NCBI GenBank assembly: GCA_051532035.1
Contig: JAOPTW010000016.1
Span: forward strand, 32,001-96,000
From: Fibrobacterales bacterium
GTDB lineage: Bacteria > Fibrobacterota > Fibrobacteria > Fibrobacterales > JAOPTW01
Direction: 5' to 3'
DNA length: 64,000 bases
Positions 9,496-19,411 of the stretch are shown piece by piece. The notes beneath the pieces are model-generated. The model was not told the origin of the DNA. It searched no databases and saw nothing but the letters and a program-made list of their open reading frames with translations. Position numbers and translations under genes: made by a program. Position 1 is the stretch's first letter. Each line of letters opens with the position of its first letter.

Positions 9496-10011
9496 CTATT
9501 CTGATGTTAATAAACGGATGGTATCTTCATATTCTGGAAATTCCGACAAAAGATCATCTCTCTTTGCCAACTCAAAATCCGCAAAGTCAAACCCTGGAGC
9601 AACAGTACAACCGACTAAGGCATACCCATTTGGCTCTTCGAGAGAGGCCCCAAACCAGCACCCAGCCCTAACCAACCCTTGAAATTGTTCTCCTGCCTCT
9701 GGATCAGAGCCAATCTTTAGGTGGAAGAGAACTCCCATAGGATCTATTACATGAACAGTTAATGGAGAACCAGTGTAAAAATGCCACATCTCATCAGATT
9801 GAATTCTGTGAAAATGAGATACTTGGCTTCCTTCTAAAAGAAAATAGATGGCAGTAGATGCTGACCGCCCACCTGCAAAACGCTCAGGGAGACTTTCGAG
9901 CTGATCGTCCGATCGATAACTCTCGGCAAAATAGCCCCCTTCAGGGTGTTGAGTCATCTTCAGTGATTCAATCCAATAGTCGGCACTCTTCTCTTCTGTC
10001 ACCTTTTTCAT
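9496..10011 (-). CDS. cupin superfamily protein (Cupin_5/DUF985)
   Basis: HPEGGYFAESYRS, STAIYFLL, SHFHRIQSDEMWHFY, LVGCTVAPGFDFADFE. Confidence 0.92.
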   Translation of the reverse strand: MKKVTEEKSADYWIESLKMTQHPEGGYFAESYRSDDQLESLPERFAGGRSASTAIYFLLEGSQVSHFHRIQSDEMWHFYTGSPLTVHVIDPMGVLFHLKIGSDPEAGEQFQGLVRAGCWFGASLEEPNGYALVGCTVAPGFDFADFELAKRDDLLSEFPEYEDTIRLLTSE

Positions 10012-11423
10012 TCTTCTAAAACTCCTTTGAGGTAGTGCTCCAACTCTTCTAAGAGCACCTTTTGACCATCATCTAAAGTATCACTCGATGTAAGCGTATC
10101 AATATCCCTCTGTGCATCACTCACAGTATACCGTTTATTACCCCGAAAATCAATGCAATCGACACCACTATCTAATGCCTGTTTTAGATAGGTGGTACAG
10201 GCTGTAAGAGATGAGCCACTTAATTCTTTTTTAAAATTTCGATAGAGAATCCGCTCGGCAAGGGCATTAATATGGGGTTGAGAAAATCCACCCACCAGTT
10301 CTATTTTTCGAGCAAGGTCTCCATTACGATAGACATAGGAGAGCTCATCATCACCCCGTGGCACAAATCCTTTAATATAGAGAGCAGCATCGTGATCGAC
10401 CTGTTCAACCTCATCGTACCGATACTCTTTATGATACGTTATAATCTTTTCGAAGAGAGTATTATGCTCTTTGAGCCAGGCGATATTCTCAGTGACCAGT
10501 GCTGCCCTTTCATCATTCCAGTGGCCTTTATACCGGTCAAGAACCGGGAGCAGTATATCTGATCCATCCTTTTTACGGATAACCCATGTTTCTTCTTCGA
10601 CAGATTCTTCGGTGAGTTCCGCAAAAGGTATGCGATCGAGAATAAGCCAAATTGTTTGGTTAGTATAGCTCTGGGATGCTCCAAGACTAAGCACTACATG
10701 CTGATACCCCTGATCGGCCCCAGCCTTCACCTGGATTGCAATACCCATAGTATGGTATCGTGGCAGTAACTCTGGTACTTTTGTAAGCTTTTTAAGGTAT
10801 TCCGCCTCAACCTGTTTCTTAAAACCATTGGTAAGGTAGCGCCACATTTCACTCTCTTTGACAAACCGCTGTGCCAGTGCTACCGTTGCTTCAACATCAA
10901 CCATAGCATCATGAGCCTGACCAGGAGCGAGGTTATTTTCACTACTTATATGTTCGAGTTTGAGGGTTGGCTTTCCTGCTATAGTTGGCCACTTGATCAC
11001 TGAAGGCTTATAAAGGAAATAGACCGCTGCAATAGGGAGTAGGTCGAGCCTTCCACAGTCATTATAAAATTGATGTTGATAGGGACTGAGAAGATTGCGA
11101 TAAAACATAAATCGTAAAAACTCATCGTCAAACCCCATAGTATTGTACCCCACACTAATGGTCCCTGCTACATTCATGAGCTCATGAATAGCACAAGCAG
11201 CCTCAAATTCACTCATACCACTTTGTTGTGCAGTAATTGATACTCGATGAGTAAGGGTTGCGTAGGGTGAAGGAACCACATCGGGACGGAGCGCTATTTT
11301 AAATTCATGACGCTCTATCTCACGCAAATTCTGATCTGTCCGAATGGCAGCAAATTGCACCACCTGGTCAAAGCATTTATTGAGACCTGTGGTCTCTAAA
11401 TCATAAAAAAGAAAGGTTTTCAT
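10008..11423 (-). CDS. sbcB: exodeoxyribonuclease I
   Basis: FLFYDLETTG, QFAAIRTD, GYN..GFDDEFLR..FYRNL, LKLEH, AHDAMVDVEAT (DEDDh). Confidence 0.92.
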   Translation of the reverse strand: MKTFLFYDLETTGLNKCFDQVVQFAAIRTDQNLREIERHEFKIALRPDVVPSPYATLTHRVSITAQQSGMSEFEAACAIHELMNVAGTISVGYNTMGFDDEFLRFMFYRNLLSPYQHQFYNDCGRLDLLPIAAVYFLYKPSVIKWPTIAGKPTLKLEHISSENNLAPGQAHDAMVDVEATVALAQRFVKESEMWRYLTNGFKKQVEAEYLKKLTKVPELLPRYHTMGIAIQVKAGADQGYQHVVLSLGASQSYTNQTIWLILDRIPFAELTEESVEEETWVIRKKDGSDILLPVLDRYKGHWNDERAALVTENIAWLKEHNTLFEKIITYHKEYRYDEVEQVDHDAALYIKGFVPRGDDELSYVYRNGDLARKIELVGGFSQPHINALAERILYRNFKKELSGSSLTACTTYLKQALDSGVDCIDFRGNKRYTVSDAQRDIDTLTSSDTLDDGQKVLLEELEHYLKGVLEE

Positions 11424-11502
11424 AATGAGAAATATACAATTTGTAGATGAGAACTTTGTGAAATGTACTTTTTGAGGCTCGAGTGGAGTCTTTTTGGTTA
11501 AG

Positions 11503-11516
11503 TGACATAGTTGTCA
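11503..11516. promoter_or_regulatory. TGACA-N4-TGTCA palindrome between divergent sbcB and M15 peptidase genes
   Basis: TGACATAGTTGTCA has the same half-sites as the putative WYL box but a spacer 1 nt shorter. Confidence 0.35.
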
Positions 11517-11611
11517 GAAGTGCCCCATCCCCCAAATCTCTCTCATGAATTTTTCTATGCAGGTCAAAATATTATTACATTTGATACTAAGCACTTAGAC
11601 CAGATACCATC

Positions 11612-12349
11612 ATGACCCAATCAATACTCATTGCTCTTATTCTAACCGCCATCACTGCATATGCCGTTCCTCCATTAGAGGCTCTCAGACTCATTGCAGC
11701 CTATCCCGATCATCTTGATTACTATATCGAGGGTGATATGGTATGGCATGATGGCACCGTGACTCAATGGGACGATGGTAAAAATAAAAGTTTTGATGAG
11801 AAGCTCACCAATGCCGATCTGGAAGACCAGATGAGTCAAAAATATGACAAGGCGACCATCACCAAAGAGACTCGCAAAGATTTTGATCCTGGCCGCATTC
11901 GCTCGACGCCCTTTTTTGAAACCATGTATGGCGGATCTGAAGTTGATGTTGACTTTAACATGGTCGAAATTGATTGGTTTGGAGTAAAACATAAGGTAAC
12001 AACAGTTAATGACATTAACTTAAAACTAACTGAAGTGGCCGACCGCCTTAAACATCATGAAGAGTACCTCAGCCCGAGTGCAGGAACATACAACTTTCGC
12101 GTAATTGCAGGAACAAACCGCCTCAGCTGCCACAGTTTTGGCATTGCCATCGACATTAGAATTAATGTAAGCCGTTACTGGAGATGGGACAAAGATTGGG
12201 AAACACGCCCAGGCCATATTTCTATACCCGACGATGCCCTTATGGAAATCATTGGTATATTCGAAGAATTTGGTTTTATCTGGGGTGGACGTTGGTATCA
12301 CTACGACAGTATGCACTTTGAGTACCGCCCAGAACTATTGTTACACTAG
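11612..12349 (+). CDS. exported M15 family Zn metallopeptidase (peptidoglycan peptidase)
   Basis: Signal peptide; RVIAGTNRLSCHSFGIAID (SxHxxGxAxD); FIWGGRWYHYDSMHFEYRPEL. Confidence 0.88.
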   Translation: MTQSILIALILTAITAYAVPPLEALRLIAAYPDHLDYYIEGDMVWHDGTVTQWDDGKNKSFDEKLTNADLEDQMSQKYDKATITKETRKDFDPGRIRSTPFFETMYGGSEVDVDFNMVEIDWFGVKHKVTTVNDINLKLTEVADRLKHHEEYLSPSAGTYNFRVIAGTNRLSCHSFGIAIDIRINVSRYWRWDKDWETRPGHISIPDDALMEIIGIFEEFGFIWGGRWYHYDSMHFEYRPELLLH

Positions 12350-12375
12350 AGAACCCTGAGAAAAAAAGCATGCCA

Positions 12376-12408
12376 TGACATTTCCTGTCATACACGCCGA
12401 TCTATATT
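12376..12408 (+). promoter_or_regulatory. putative WYL box plus -10 element of ssb
   Basis: TGACATTTCCTGTCA (12376-12390), then 12 nt, then TATATT (12403-12408). Confidence 0.65.
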
Positions 12409-12436
12409 TACTATAGAACTAAACGGGAGAACAATT

Positions 12437-12826
12437 ATGGCATGTTTAAACAAAGTTACCCTCATTGGCAATTTGGGTTCAGATCCAGAAATCAAGACAA
12501 CTGCACAAGGTGTGAAATTAGCACGATTTAATGTAGCAGTTACCGAAAAATATAAAGACCAACAAAATCAAAAACAAGAGAAGACCCAGTGGTTTACAGT
12601 GGTACTTTGGAGACGCCTTGCTGAGATTGCAGAACAGTTCCTTAAAAAGGGAGCTATGGTCTATATTGAAGGTAAACTGGATAATTCAAGCTGGGACGAT
12701 GAAAAGACTGGTGAGAAAAAATATAAGACTGAAATTCATGGACTCAATATGCAGATGCTCAGTTCATCAAAGCATGTAGCAGAGTACGCTGTTGGTCATA
12801 CCGCAGTGAATACTATGGCTTACTAA
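12437..12826 (+). CDS. ssb: single-stranded DNA-binding protein (short, no acidic tail)
   Basis: LNKVTLIGNLGSDPE, EKTQWF.VVLW.RLAE, LKKG..VYIEGKL. Confidence 0.93.
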   Translation: MACLNKVTLIGNLGSDPEIKTTAQGVKLARFNVAVTEKYKDQQNQKQEKTQWFTVVLWRRLAEIAEQFLKKGAMVYIEGKLDNSSWDDEKTGEKKYKTEIHGLNMQMLSSSKHVAEYAVGHTAVNTMAY

Positions 12827-13571
12827 ACCCATATTTTTCAAATATACGTCTATACTTCCCATTATTTTTAATTGCTGCGAGTCCGCGATTAAATGCTTTG
12901 AGGTGTCTTTTTGCATGCTTGGACTTTTTAGAGACCCCAACATGAGAAAGATGCACCTCTAAAGGGGGATGTATAGGCACTATACTTTGCCCATTCTCAA
13001 CATCTAGAAGCAACCGATACCCAACGCCTTCATTTTCTACAACTAAGTCCAACCGCTCTTTAGCAAGGCGCGTAAAATTATCAGTATTACTCACCGCTTC
13101 TACTCTGGTAAAGTGAGTCGCCTTATCAAAAGCACTACTATTAGCATAGCCGCGACCAACGCCTATATACAAACCTTTCAAACTTTGTAGATCGGTATAC
13201 TCAAAATCATTCGTTATTTTTTTAAAGAAGAACACCTTCAATGTATCAATAGGATTACTATATAGAAAAAACTCTTCACGCTCCTTTGTATAATACAGCC
13301 CTAAGACCACATCATACAGACCAGCTTTTGTCCCATGAAGCGCCCGAGCCCACGGTACAAAATGATACTCAACGGAATAGCCAACCTCTGCATAAGCTGC
13401 TGTGACTAATTCAGTGTAGAGCCCTCCATCATCTTCTTTTTCTGTGAGATACGGAGGATAATCATTTTGGATTGCAAAACGTACAACCCCATTGGAAAAA
13501 ACACCAAGTACACATAACAGGACAATTGAGAGTAGTGACTGTATCATATATCCAACAAAAAAAGGTTTCAT
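12813..13571 (-). CDS. periplasmic substrate-binding protein, family 3
   Basis: DYPPY, VPWARAL, TKEREE.FLYS.PI, L...RLDL, FN.GL..IK.NG.Y..I. Confidence 0.85.
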   Translation of the reverse strand: MKPFFVGYMIQSLLSIVLLCVLGVFSNGVVRFAIQNDYPPYLTEKEDDGGLYTELVTAAYAEVGYSVEYHFVPWARALHGTKAGLYDVVLGLYYTKEREEFFLYSNPIDTLKVFFFKKITNDFEYTDLQSLKGLYIGVGRGYANSSAFDKATHFTRVEAVSNTDNFTRLAKERLDLVVENEGVGYRLLLDVENGQSIVPIHPPLEVHLSHVGVSKKSKHAKRHLKAFNRGLAAIKNNGKYRRIFEKYGFSKP

Positions 13572-13626
13572 TAGTATACCATTTGTTTGTACTGATATCT
13601 GCTCTTTTACAATGGATTAAAACATT

Positions 13627-15915
13627 TTACAAGTTAGAATCTATGCTTTGCTTAAAGCGACGAGAAATAGCCGAATTTCGCCGTATAGACCGCCCTATAC
13701 AATCCCGTATGGAGTGATCAGACCCTAAAACCCCAACATAATACTTTGCGCGAGTGACGGCTGTGTAGAGTATTTCTTTGGTCATTACTCGGTTCATTTC
13801 ACTAGGCAGTACAATAAGCGCATAGTCATATTCTGACCCCTGAGACTTATGCACTGTTATTGCATAAGCGCTTTCGAATCGAGAGATCTCTGAAACGGGA
13901 TACACACTTACAGTATCACGGTTCGGAATTACAATGTAATAACTTCCCCCTGCAGAAATTACCACTCCACAATCCCCATTAAATATTCCATGAGCATAAT
14001 CATTCTGAGTAATAATTATCGGAAGACCGGGATAAACCCCATCACGAATCTCATATGCTAATACACCCTGCATATACTCAAACAGTACCTGATTTATTGT
14101 AGTCGTGCCCACTGGCCCATTTCTTGTGACACCCAGGATTTGAGATTGATTCATATAGGCAAATAATTCACTAAAGAGGTTCTGTAACGCACTATCTTCA
14201 CTGGCCTTCTTTACAATCTCAGAAGCGGTCTGGACACCTGTAAGCCTTTTCTCAATACCAGCAATAATATCAGGGTATGCATGGGTACGAAGCAAGACTT
14301 TATTTACACCAGCTTCTGGAGCAAAAGACTCATCAACCATATGAAATCGACACCAGTCAATCAATAAATCATTCAATGGATTTCGCTCTTTGGTTTTTTC
14401 TCCCCTCTGAATGAACACTACCCCTTCGGTATCACACCGTTTAGAGCCATCGGCATTTATTACCACTTGAGGCCATGCAGGAATACCGGAAACCCTTGAA
14501 AGTATTTGATTCGTTGCGTCAACATCTTGACTATTTATTGCACTACTCAAGGTCAATATTGACGCTTCTGAACGATGGCTTTTACTCAGTACCACCATTG
14601 AATCTTTAAGTAAGTGATCCTCCTCTAACACAAGTGAAGAGGAGTCATTCTCTAGATCCTCTTCGACACTTATTTCATTAACCAGAGCCAATACCGACTC
14701 TTTGCTGAGACTCGGATTACCTTGGGGTATTGTTGCACCAAAAAGATCGCTCAGTACCGCACCAGCCTGAACCGATGGAAGCTGATTATGATCACCCAAT
14801 AGTATTATTCGAGTATCCGGTTGCAGCGCCTCTGCCACATTTAAAAAGAGCGCCGCGTCAACCATCGATACTTCGTCTACAATAAGAATTTTTGTAGGAT
14901 GTTTATTATCTCTTCCGTAGGTAAACTGATTTCGACCAGGATTATATTTTAAAAACCGATGAATCGTCTGAGCATTAATCGCACACAACTTTGCATCACT
15001 CACTTGATGTTCAAGATTTGAAATGAGAGCAACACTCTGCTCTACCGATTCCGCCATGCGTGCTGCCGCGCGACCAGTGGGGGCCACCATAGTTATTTCA
15101 TCTGCTCGAAGCTCTGGATATGCCCGCACTAATACTCTCAGTAGCGCAACAACGGTACTCGTTTTACCGGTACCAGGGCCACCTGAAATTATGGAGAACT
15201 GCTTTTGCGCCGCCATAAGTACTGCAACTTGCTGTCGAACATGAAACTGCATAGGGATATCCCCAAGCATCATTGGCTGTTCAACAAACACTTCTTGATA
15301 TATTTTTTTTAATTCTGTTGAGAGCTCAAGAGGCTTATTGTCGATTTTCATAGTGAGCCACAGAGAAAGACGTTTTTCTACATCATAATATTTGCCTGTA
15401 TAAAAACCATACTGCGCATCGTACACAAAGAGACTTGATTGAGTACCAGGCAAGGAGAACACAGGCCTTTGACGAGCAACGGTCTCTACCACATGAGAGA
15501 ACGCTTTTGAAAATCCGTCGGTGAGTGCCGTACTATCACACAGAGACTGTAACTGTTCTGCCACAACGATATCTTTTGCATTTTGAATGCGATTTACCAC
15601 CACTCCTGCTAATGCATCAACTAAATCTCGCCCTGAAACACCCAGCACATAAAACAGGTGCCCCATCTCTGTTGTTGCAACAATCAAGAGTTCAACAAGA
15701 GTTCTCTCTGCATCACGTTCGTCTTCACCCATGAGGCGATTTGAAAGATCGGTGAGCGCTAAATGGGCACCATCAATAAAACCCGCTTCGAGTAATAGAT
15801 AGACAGTAGTAAATAAAAAATCATCACGCTCATGCTGACGAAGGCCACCTTTTTGAGCAGCTTCTGTCGGACCTATTTTCTCGAACCAACACCGCGTTTG
15901 TAGAAGCTTATCCAT
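13627..15915 (-). CDS. recD: exodeoxyribonuclease V alpha subunit
   Basis: ISGGPGTGKT, APTGRAAARM, TIHR.L, IVDEVSMVD, GDHNQLPSV.AG, AYAITVHKSQGSEY, LYTAVTRA. Start placed at MDKLL (15915); the track start is 15951. Confidence 0.93.
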   Translation of the reverse strand: MDKLLQTRCWFEKIGPTEAAQKGGLRQHERDDFLFTTVYLLLEAGFIDGAHLALTDLSNRLMGEDERDAERTLVELLIVATTEMGHLFYVLGVSGRDLVDALAGVVVNRIQNAKDIVVAEQLQSLCDSTALTDGFSKAFSHVVETVARQRPVFSLPGTQSSLFVYDAQYGFYTGKYYDVEKRLSLWLTMKIDNKPLELSTELKKIYQEVFVEQPMMLGDIPMQFHVRQQVAVLMAAQKQFSIISGGPGTGKTSTVVALLRVLVRAYPELRADEITMVAPTGRAAARMAESVEQSVALISNLEHQVSDAKLCAINAQTIHRFLKYNPGRNQFTYGRDNKHPTKILIVDEVSMVDAALFLNVAEALQPDTRIILLGDHNQLPSVQAGAVLSDLFGATIPQGNPSLSKESVLALVNEISVEEDLENDSSSLVLEEDHLLKDSMVVLSKSHRSEASILTLSSAINSQDVDATNQILSRVSGIPAWPQVVINADGSKRCDTEGVVFIQRGEKTKERNPLNDLLIDWCRFHMVDESFAPEAGVNKVLLRTHAYPDIIAGIEKRLTGVQTASEIVKKASEDSALQNLFSELFAYMNQSQILGVTRNGPVGTTTINQVLFEYMQGVLAYEIRDGVYPGLPIIITQNDYAHGIFNGDCGVVISAGGSYYIVIPNRDTVSVYPVSEISRFESAYAITVHKSQGSEYDYALIVLPSEMNRVMTKEILYTAVTRAKYYVGVLGSDHSIRDCIGRSIRRNSAISRRFKQSIDSNL

Positions 15916-18900
15916 GTCTCTTCTCCCCTGCTTCTGGGTGGGCATCACCAATCATTTTTTCAATCTCTTGACTATACTGCTCTTCTATTACTTTTGATGA
16001 CTCCGGGCACATACAGACATAGCCATCATTTGACCCCGGTTGCATACCACGAATATAGAGATAGTAGACACCTCCAAAATGAGTATCAAACGAATAACCA
16101 GGTAGCGCTGACTGCAACCATTTATGCAGCGCCAAGGCATATACTTTTAACTGAATATCATAGTGATCACGTAGCATACTCTCTTCAATAGCGCCTGCAT
16201 CATAGCCGTTCTCTAAATAATTAGACTTCCAATCCAAAATATAATACCGGCCTTTATGGCGAAAGAGCAAGTCAATAAACCCTTTCACAAAATGGGCATC
16301 TTCATTTTTAGTAAAAAGACGCACGGTATCTGACTGGAGGTAACTAAACTGAAACTCCATCTCTGCTTTGAGGTCTTTCTCTGGAATCTCTGCCAACGTA
16401 ATAGTATCAAACGTATCGCGCGTATCTATCATTGGAGCTGTGAGGCAATTATGTACCAAGCGTGCTATTGCTCTATAGTGCACTGACCCTATACCATATT
16501 TGGTACAATAAAACTCTATCACTTCTGCTGTCGATCGATTATGTAAGAGAGCGATTGCTGGATCGTCACTGTTAGATGCCGCACCCACCTCTGCAAAAGA
16601 GATATGCTCAAATATATCATGCAAGCAATTACCCGGTTCTGCGCCCCGAGGTATATCTTGAATATACTTATCAAAGAGTGCGGGTCTTGGTGCCGTCGGG
16701 ATCACTCCAATAGATGTTATTGAACGATCTTGTTCATGTATCGTATGTGAGAGATGCGAGTATGACTCCATAATTATTTTCTTTTTAGAAAATCCGTCAT
16801 ACTCAGGAATAATACTCTTTTCTGAAGTACTTGCCTTAGTAACTTCTTGACCAGTCACAACCAACTCTCTCTGGTCATATTTTGGATTGATAGTGACATA
16901 CCCATCAAGCTCATTATTGAGTGCACCGGTTATTGCTGGAGTGAGCACTCTATGCATTCCCACCTTTTTACTTATTTTTTCTGAACCAAAGAGTGGCATA
17001 TAGAGATAGTACTTCGCCCTTGTCATAGCCACATAGAGCAAGCGGGTATACTCAGGAAGCTTCTGCTCCACTGGTTCTTTTTGGGTAAAGTCGAATATAC
17101 GATGGTTGCCTTCTTTGATGACAGAGTAGTCGTTTCCCTGTAGCTCCCCAAAGCCTCCCATAAAAACAACATTAAACTCGAGCCCCTTTGAGGCATGCAT
17201 CGTCATAATTTGTACTGCAGCGTCGTCCCGTTCTTTTCGGTAGAGCTCGCCGTCATCTTCTCGTTCTAAACGCTCTGCCCGCCAATTTTTGAGTAGAGCA
17301 ACTTGATCACTCAAGGTGAGTTTTTGACCGTAGGCTTTTGTCTGTAAGTCTTGCATAATTTGCTTATAAACATCAAGCTGACGAAAGCGATTAGGACTGG
17401 ATGCTATGTTTTGTAACAGCGTGGTATCGTGAAGGAGTGAATGATAGAGCTCACCCCATTTTTTTCGACCGACCATCTGATGCCACCGATCATAGAGTTT
17501 TCGGTCACTGTCTGAAGGGCCGCTTTCACCACCAGGCACACTATTTCCTTTTTCAAAAAATGGTGTAAACAGTGCTTTGGTTATTGCACTCGGCACCGCA
17601 CCGAGTATACTTTCTAATACATAGAGAATATGCGCCGACTCTATTGATTGATAGACCCCTTGTTGTTTATAATAACTATAGGGAATCCCCGCATCTTGGA
17701 GTAGGCTTTCAAAGAGTTCTACATCACCCCGTTTTTGCACAAGAATCGCCATATCACTCCACTGAGCCCCACGAGACTTGAGATCGACTAACGCATTCAC
17801 CATCCATGGGTAGTATGCTTCTCTACATTTACCCACACCATCTTCTACCAATTCTTTTATTACAAAGGGCGCATAACTCTCATTGAGTGCAAATCGTTCA
17901 TAAAAGGTACCGGGCTGTTGAGCTGGTGACGCATCAGGATACCCTACGGGTGTATAGGAAATTTGTCCATCGTCACCATCACTCCCAAAGAATGAAGGAC
18001 GCGCAAAAATACCATTAAACGCTTCGAGAATCCGCCGACTCGAACGATAGTTTTCAGCAAGGGTATAAACAATCTCGCTACCGGAATGATCGAGCATCTC
18101 TTTTTTTGCCGTAAAATAGGTGGCAATATCGGCTCCTCTAAAGGAGTAGATCGCTTGCTTAGGGTCGCCAATAAGAAAGAGCTGTGTCTGTAAATCTTTG
18201 AGGTAGAGTATTTTAAATATTTCCCACTGTGCATCATCAGTATCCTGGAACTCATCGACCAAAACAACTCCGTACTGAGCACGAATCCGCCGCGCAATAT
18301 CATTGTCGGTCGTCACCATAGTACGAACACGGTGGATCATATCATTAAAAGTAAAAAGTGACTGACTCTCTTTTGTCTCCGCAACCTTTTCGATAAGTCG
18401 GATGAGTATCGGTATATATGTCTGCGCAGCTTCTTCACGGAGATATGACTCTGCATCACTGATGAGAACCTCAATAGCAGATACAATTTCGGAATACTTT
18501 TTACCATGACAGAGCGGAAAGTAATTTTCATTCTCAAAATCAAATGATGGGTCATCGCATTTCGCTTGAAGCCAGCCTATATTTTCTTTGCCACTTTTAA
18601 AGGTTTTAATAAAGTCAAGAAGTGGTTCTGGTCTTTCAACCCTACGACACTCTTCTATCACACCCGGAAGCGCTTCAACAAACTGTTCAGTCCACTCATC
18701 AAATTTTGGGAGTTTGCGTGTCTTATTAAAAGAAGTCTTATGCTCGAGGGCAACTTCTCGCTGGAGTGCGGCAAAATTTTTGAATAAGGATACACCATCT
18801 GGACCAAGCTTCGCTACACAGGCATCAACACTTGCAACAAATGGAGTAAGATGTTCTCCTACTACTGAATCATGCTCATGTTTTTGTTCTGCGATAGATA

Positions 18901-19411
18901 CAAACACTGACGATACTATTTTTTCGACATCGATATATGAACTTTCTTGAAGGAGTCGTACCAGTTCTGGATACTCTTTAGACCACTCACCTTTAAGGAG
19001 CTCCATGACTTCTTGCACGATAATCTCTCGTTCATCACTCAATTTTTCTTGAAAAGAACGCCCTGACTCAAACGGTACTTTTTGAATTACTTTTTTACAC
19101 CAACCATGAATCGTATAGATTTCGGCCATTTCGAAGTCTCGAACCGCACGAGCCAGTCTTTGAAACTCTTGCTCACCGAGGGCCACACTATGGAGTTCAC
19201 CACCTTTAACCGTCGCTATCAGCCCTTCTCGAATGCGTTCACGCATTTCGCCTGCAGCCTTTTCGGTAAAGGTTACCAGTAATATTTCATCAATAGGGGT
19301 ATCTGATGTACACAGGATTTCAAGAACCAGTTGCTGTATGGTATAGGTCTTACCCGTTCCCGCAGAGGCTTCTATCCAGCCATTTGGCTGTCCTGCTAAA
19401 GCTTTGAACAT
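15908..19411 (-). CDS. recB: exodeoxyribonuclease V beta subunit
   Basis: IEASAGTGKT, VTFTEKAA.EM, VDEFQDTD, IGDPKQAIYSFRGAD, TMHASKGLEF, YVAMTRA; nuclease domain KGFIDL...ILDWKSN. Confidence 0.95.
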   Translation of the reverse strand: MFKALAGQPNGWIEASAGTGKTYTIQQLVLEILCTSDTPIDEILLVTFTEKAAGEMRERIREGLIATVKGGELHSVALGEQEFQRLARAVRDFEMAEIYTIHGWCKKVIQKVPFESGRSFQEKLSDEREIIVQEVMELLKGEWSKEYPELVRLLQESSYIDVEKIVSSVFVSIAEQKHEHDSVVGEHLTPFVASVDACVAKLGPDGVSLFKNFAALQREVALEHKTSFNKTRKLPKFDEWTEQFVEALPGVIEECRRVERPEPLLDFIKTFKSGKENIGWLQAKCDDPSFDFENENYFPLCHGKKYSEIVSAIEVLISDAESYLREEAAQTYIPILIRLIEKVAETKESQSLFTFNDMIHRVRTMVTTDNDIARRIRAQYGVVLVDEFQDTDDAQWEIFKILYLKDLQTQLFLIGDPKQAIYSFRGADIATYFTAKKEMLDHSGSEIVYTLAENYRSSRRILEAFNGIFARPSFFGSDGDDGQISYTPVGYPDASPAQQPGTFYERFALNESYAPFVIKELVEDGVGKCREAYYPWMVNALVDLKSRGAQWSDMAILVQKRGDVELFESLLQDAGIPYSYYKQQGVYQSIESAHILYVLESILGAVPSAITKALFTPFFEKGNSVPGGESGPSDSDRKLYDRWHQMVGRKKWGELYHSLLHDTTLLQNIASSPNRFRQLDVYKQIMQDLQTKAYGQKLTLSDQVALLKNWRAERLEREDDGELYRKERDDAAVQIMTMHASKGLEFNVVFMGGFGELQGNDYSVIKEGNHRIFDFTQKEPVEQKLPEYTRLLYVAMTRAKYYLYMPLFGSEKISKKVGMHRVLTPAITGALNNELDGYVTINPKYDQRELVVTGQEVTKASTSEKSIIPEYDGFSKKKIIMESYSHLSHTIHEQDRSITSIGVIPTAPRPALFDKYIQDIPRGAEPGNCLHDIFEHISFAEVGAASNSDDPAIALLHNRSTAEVIEFYCTKYGIGSVHYRAIARLVHNCLTAPMIDTRDTFDTITLAEIPEKDLKAEMEFQFSYLQSDTVRLFTKNEDAHFVKGFIDLLFRHKGRYYILDWKSNYLENGYDAGAIEESMLRDHYDIQLKVYALALHKWLQSALPGYSFDTHFGGVYYLYIRGMQPGSNDGYVCMCPESSKVIEEQYSQEIEKMIGDAHPEAGEKRHG

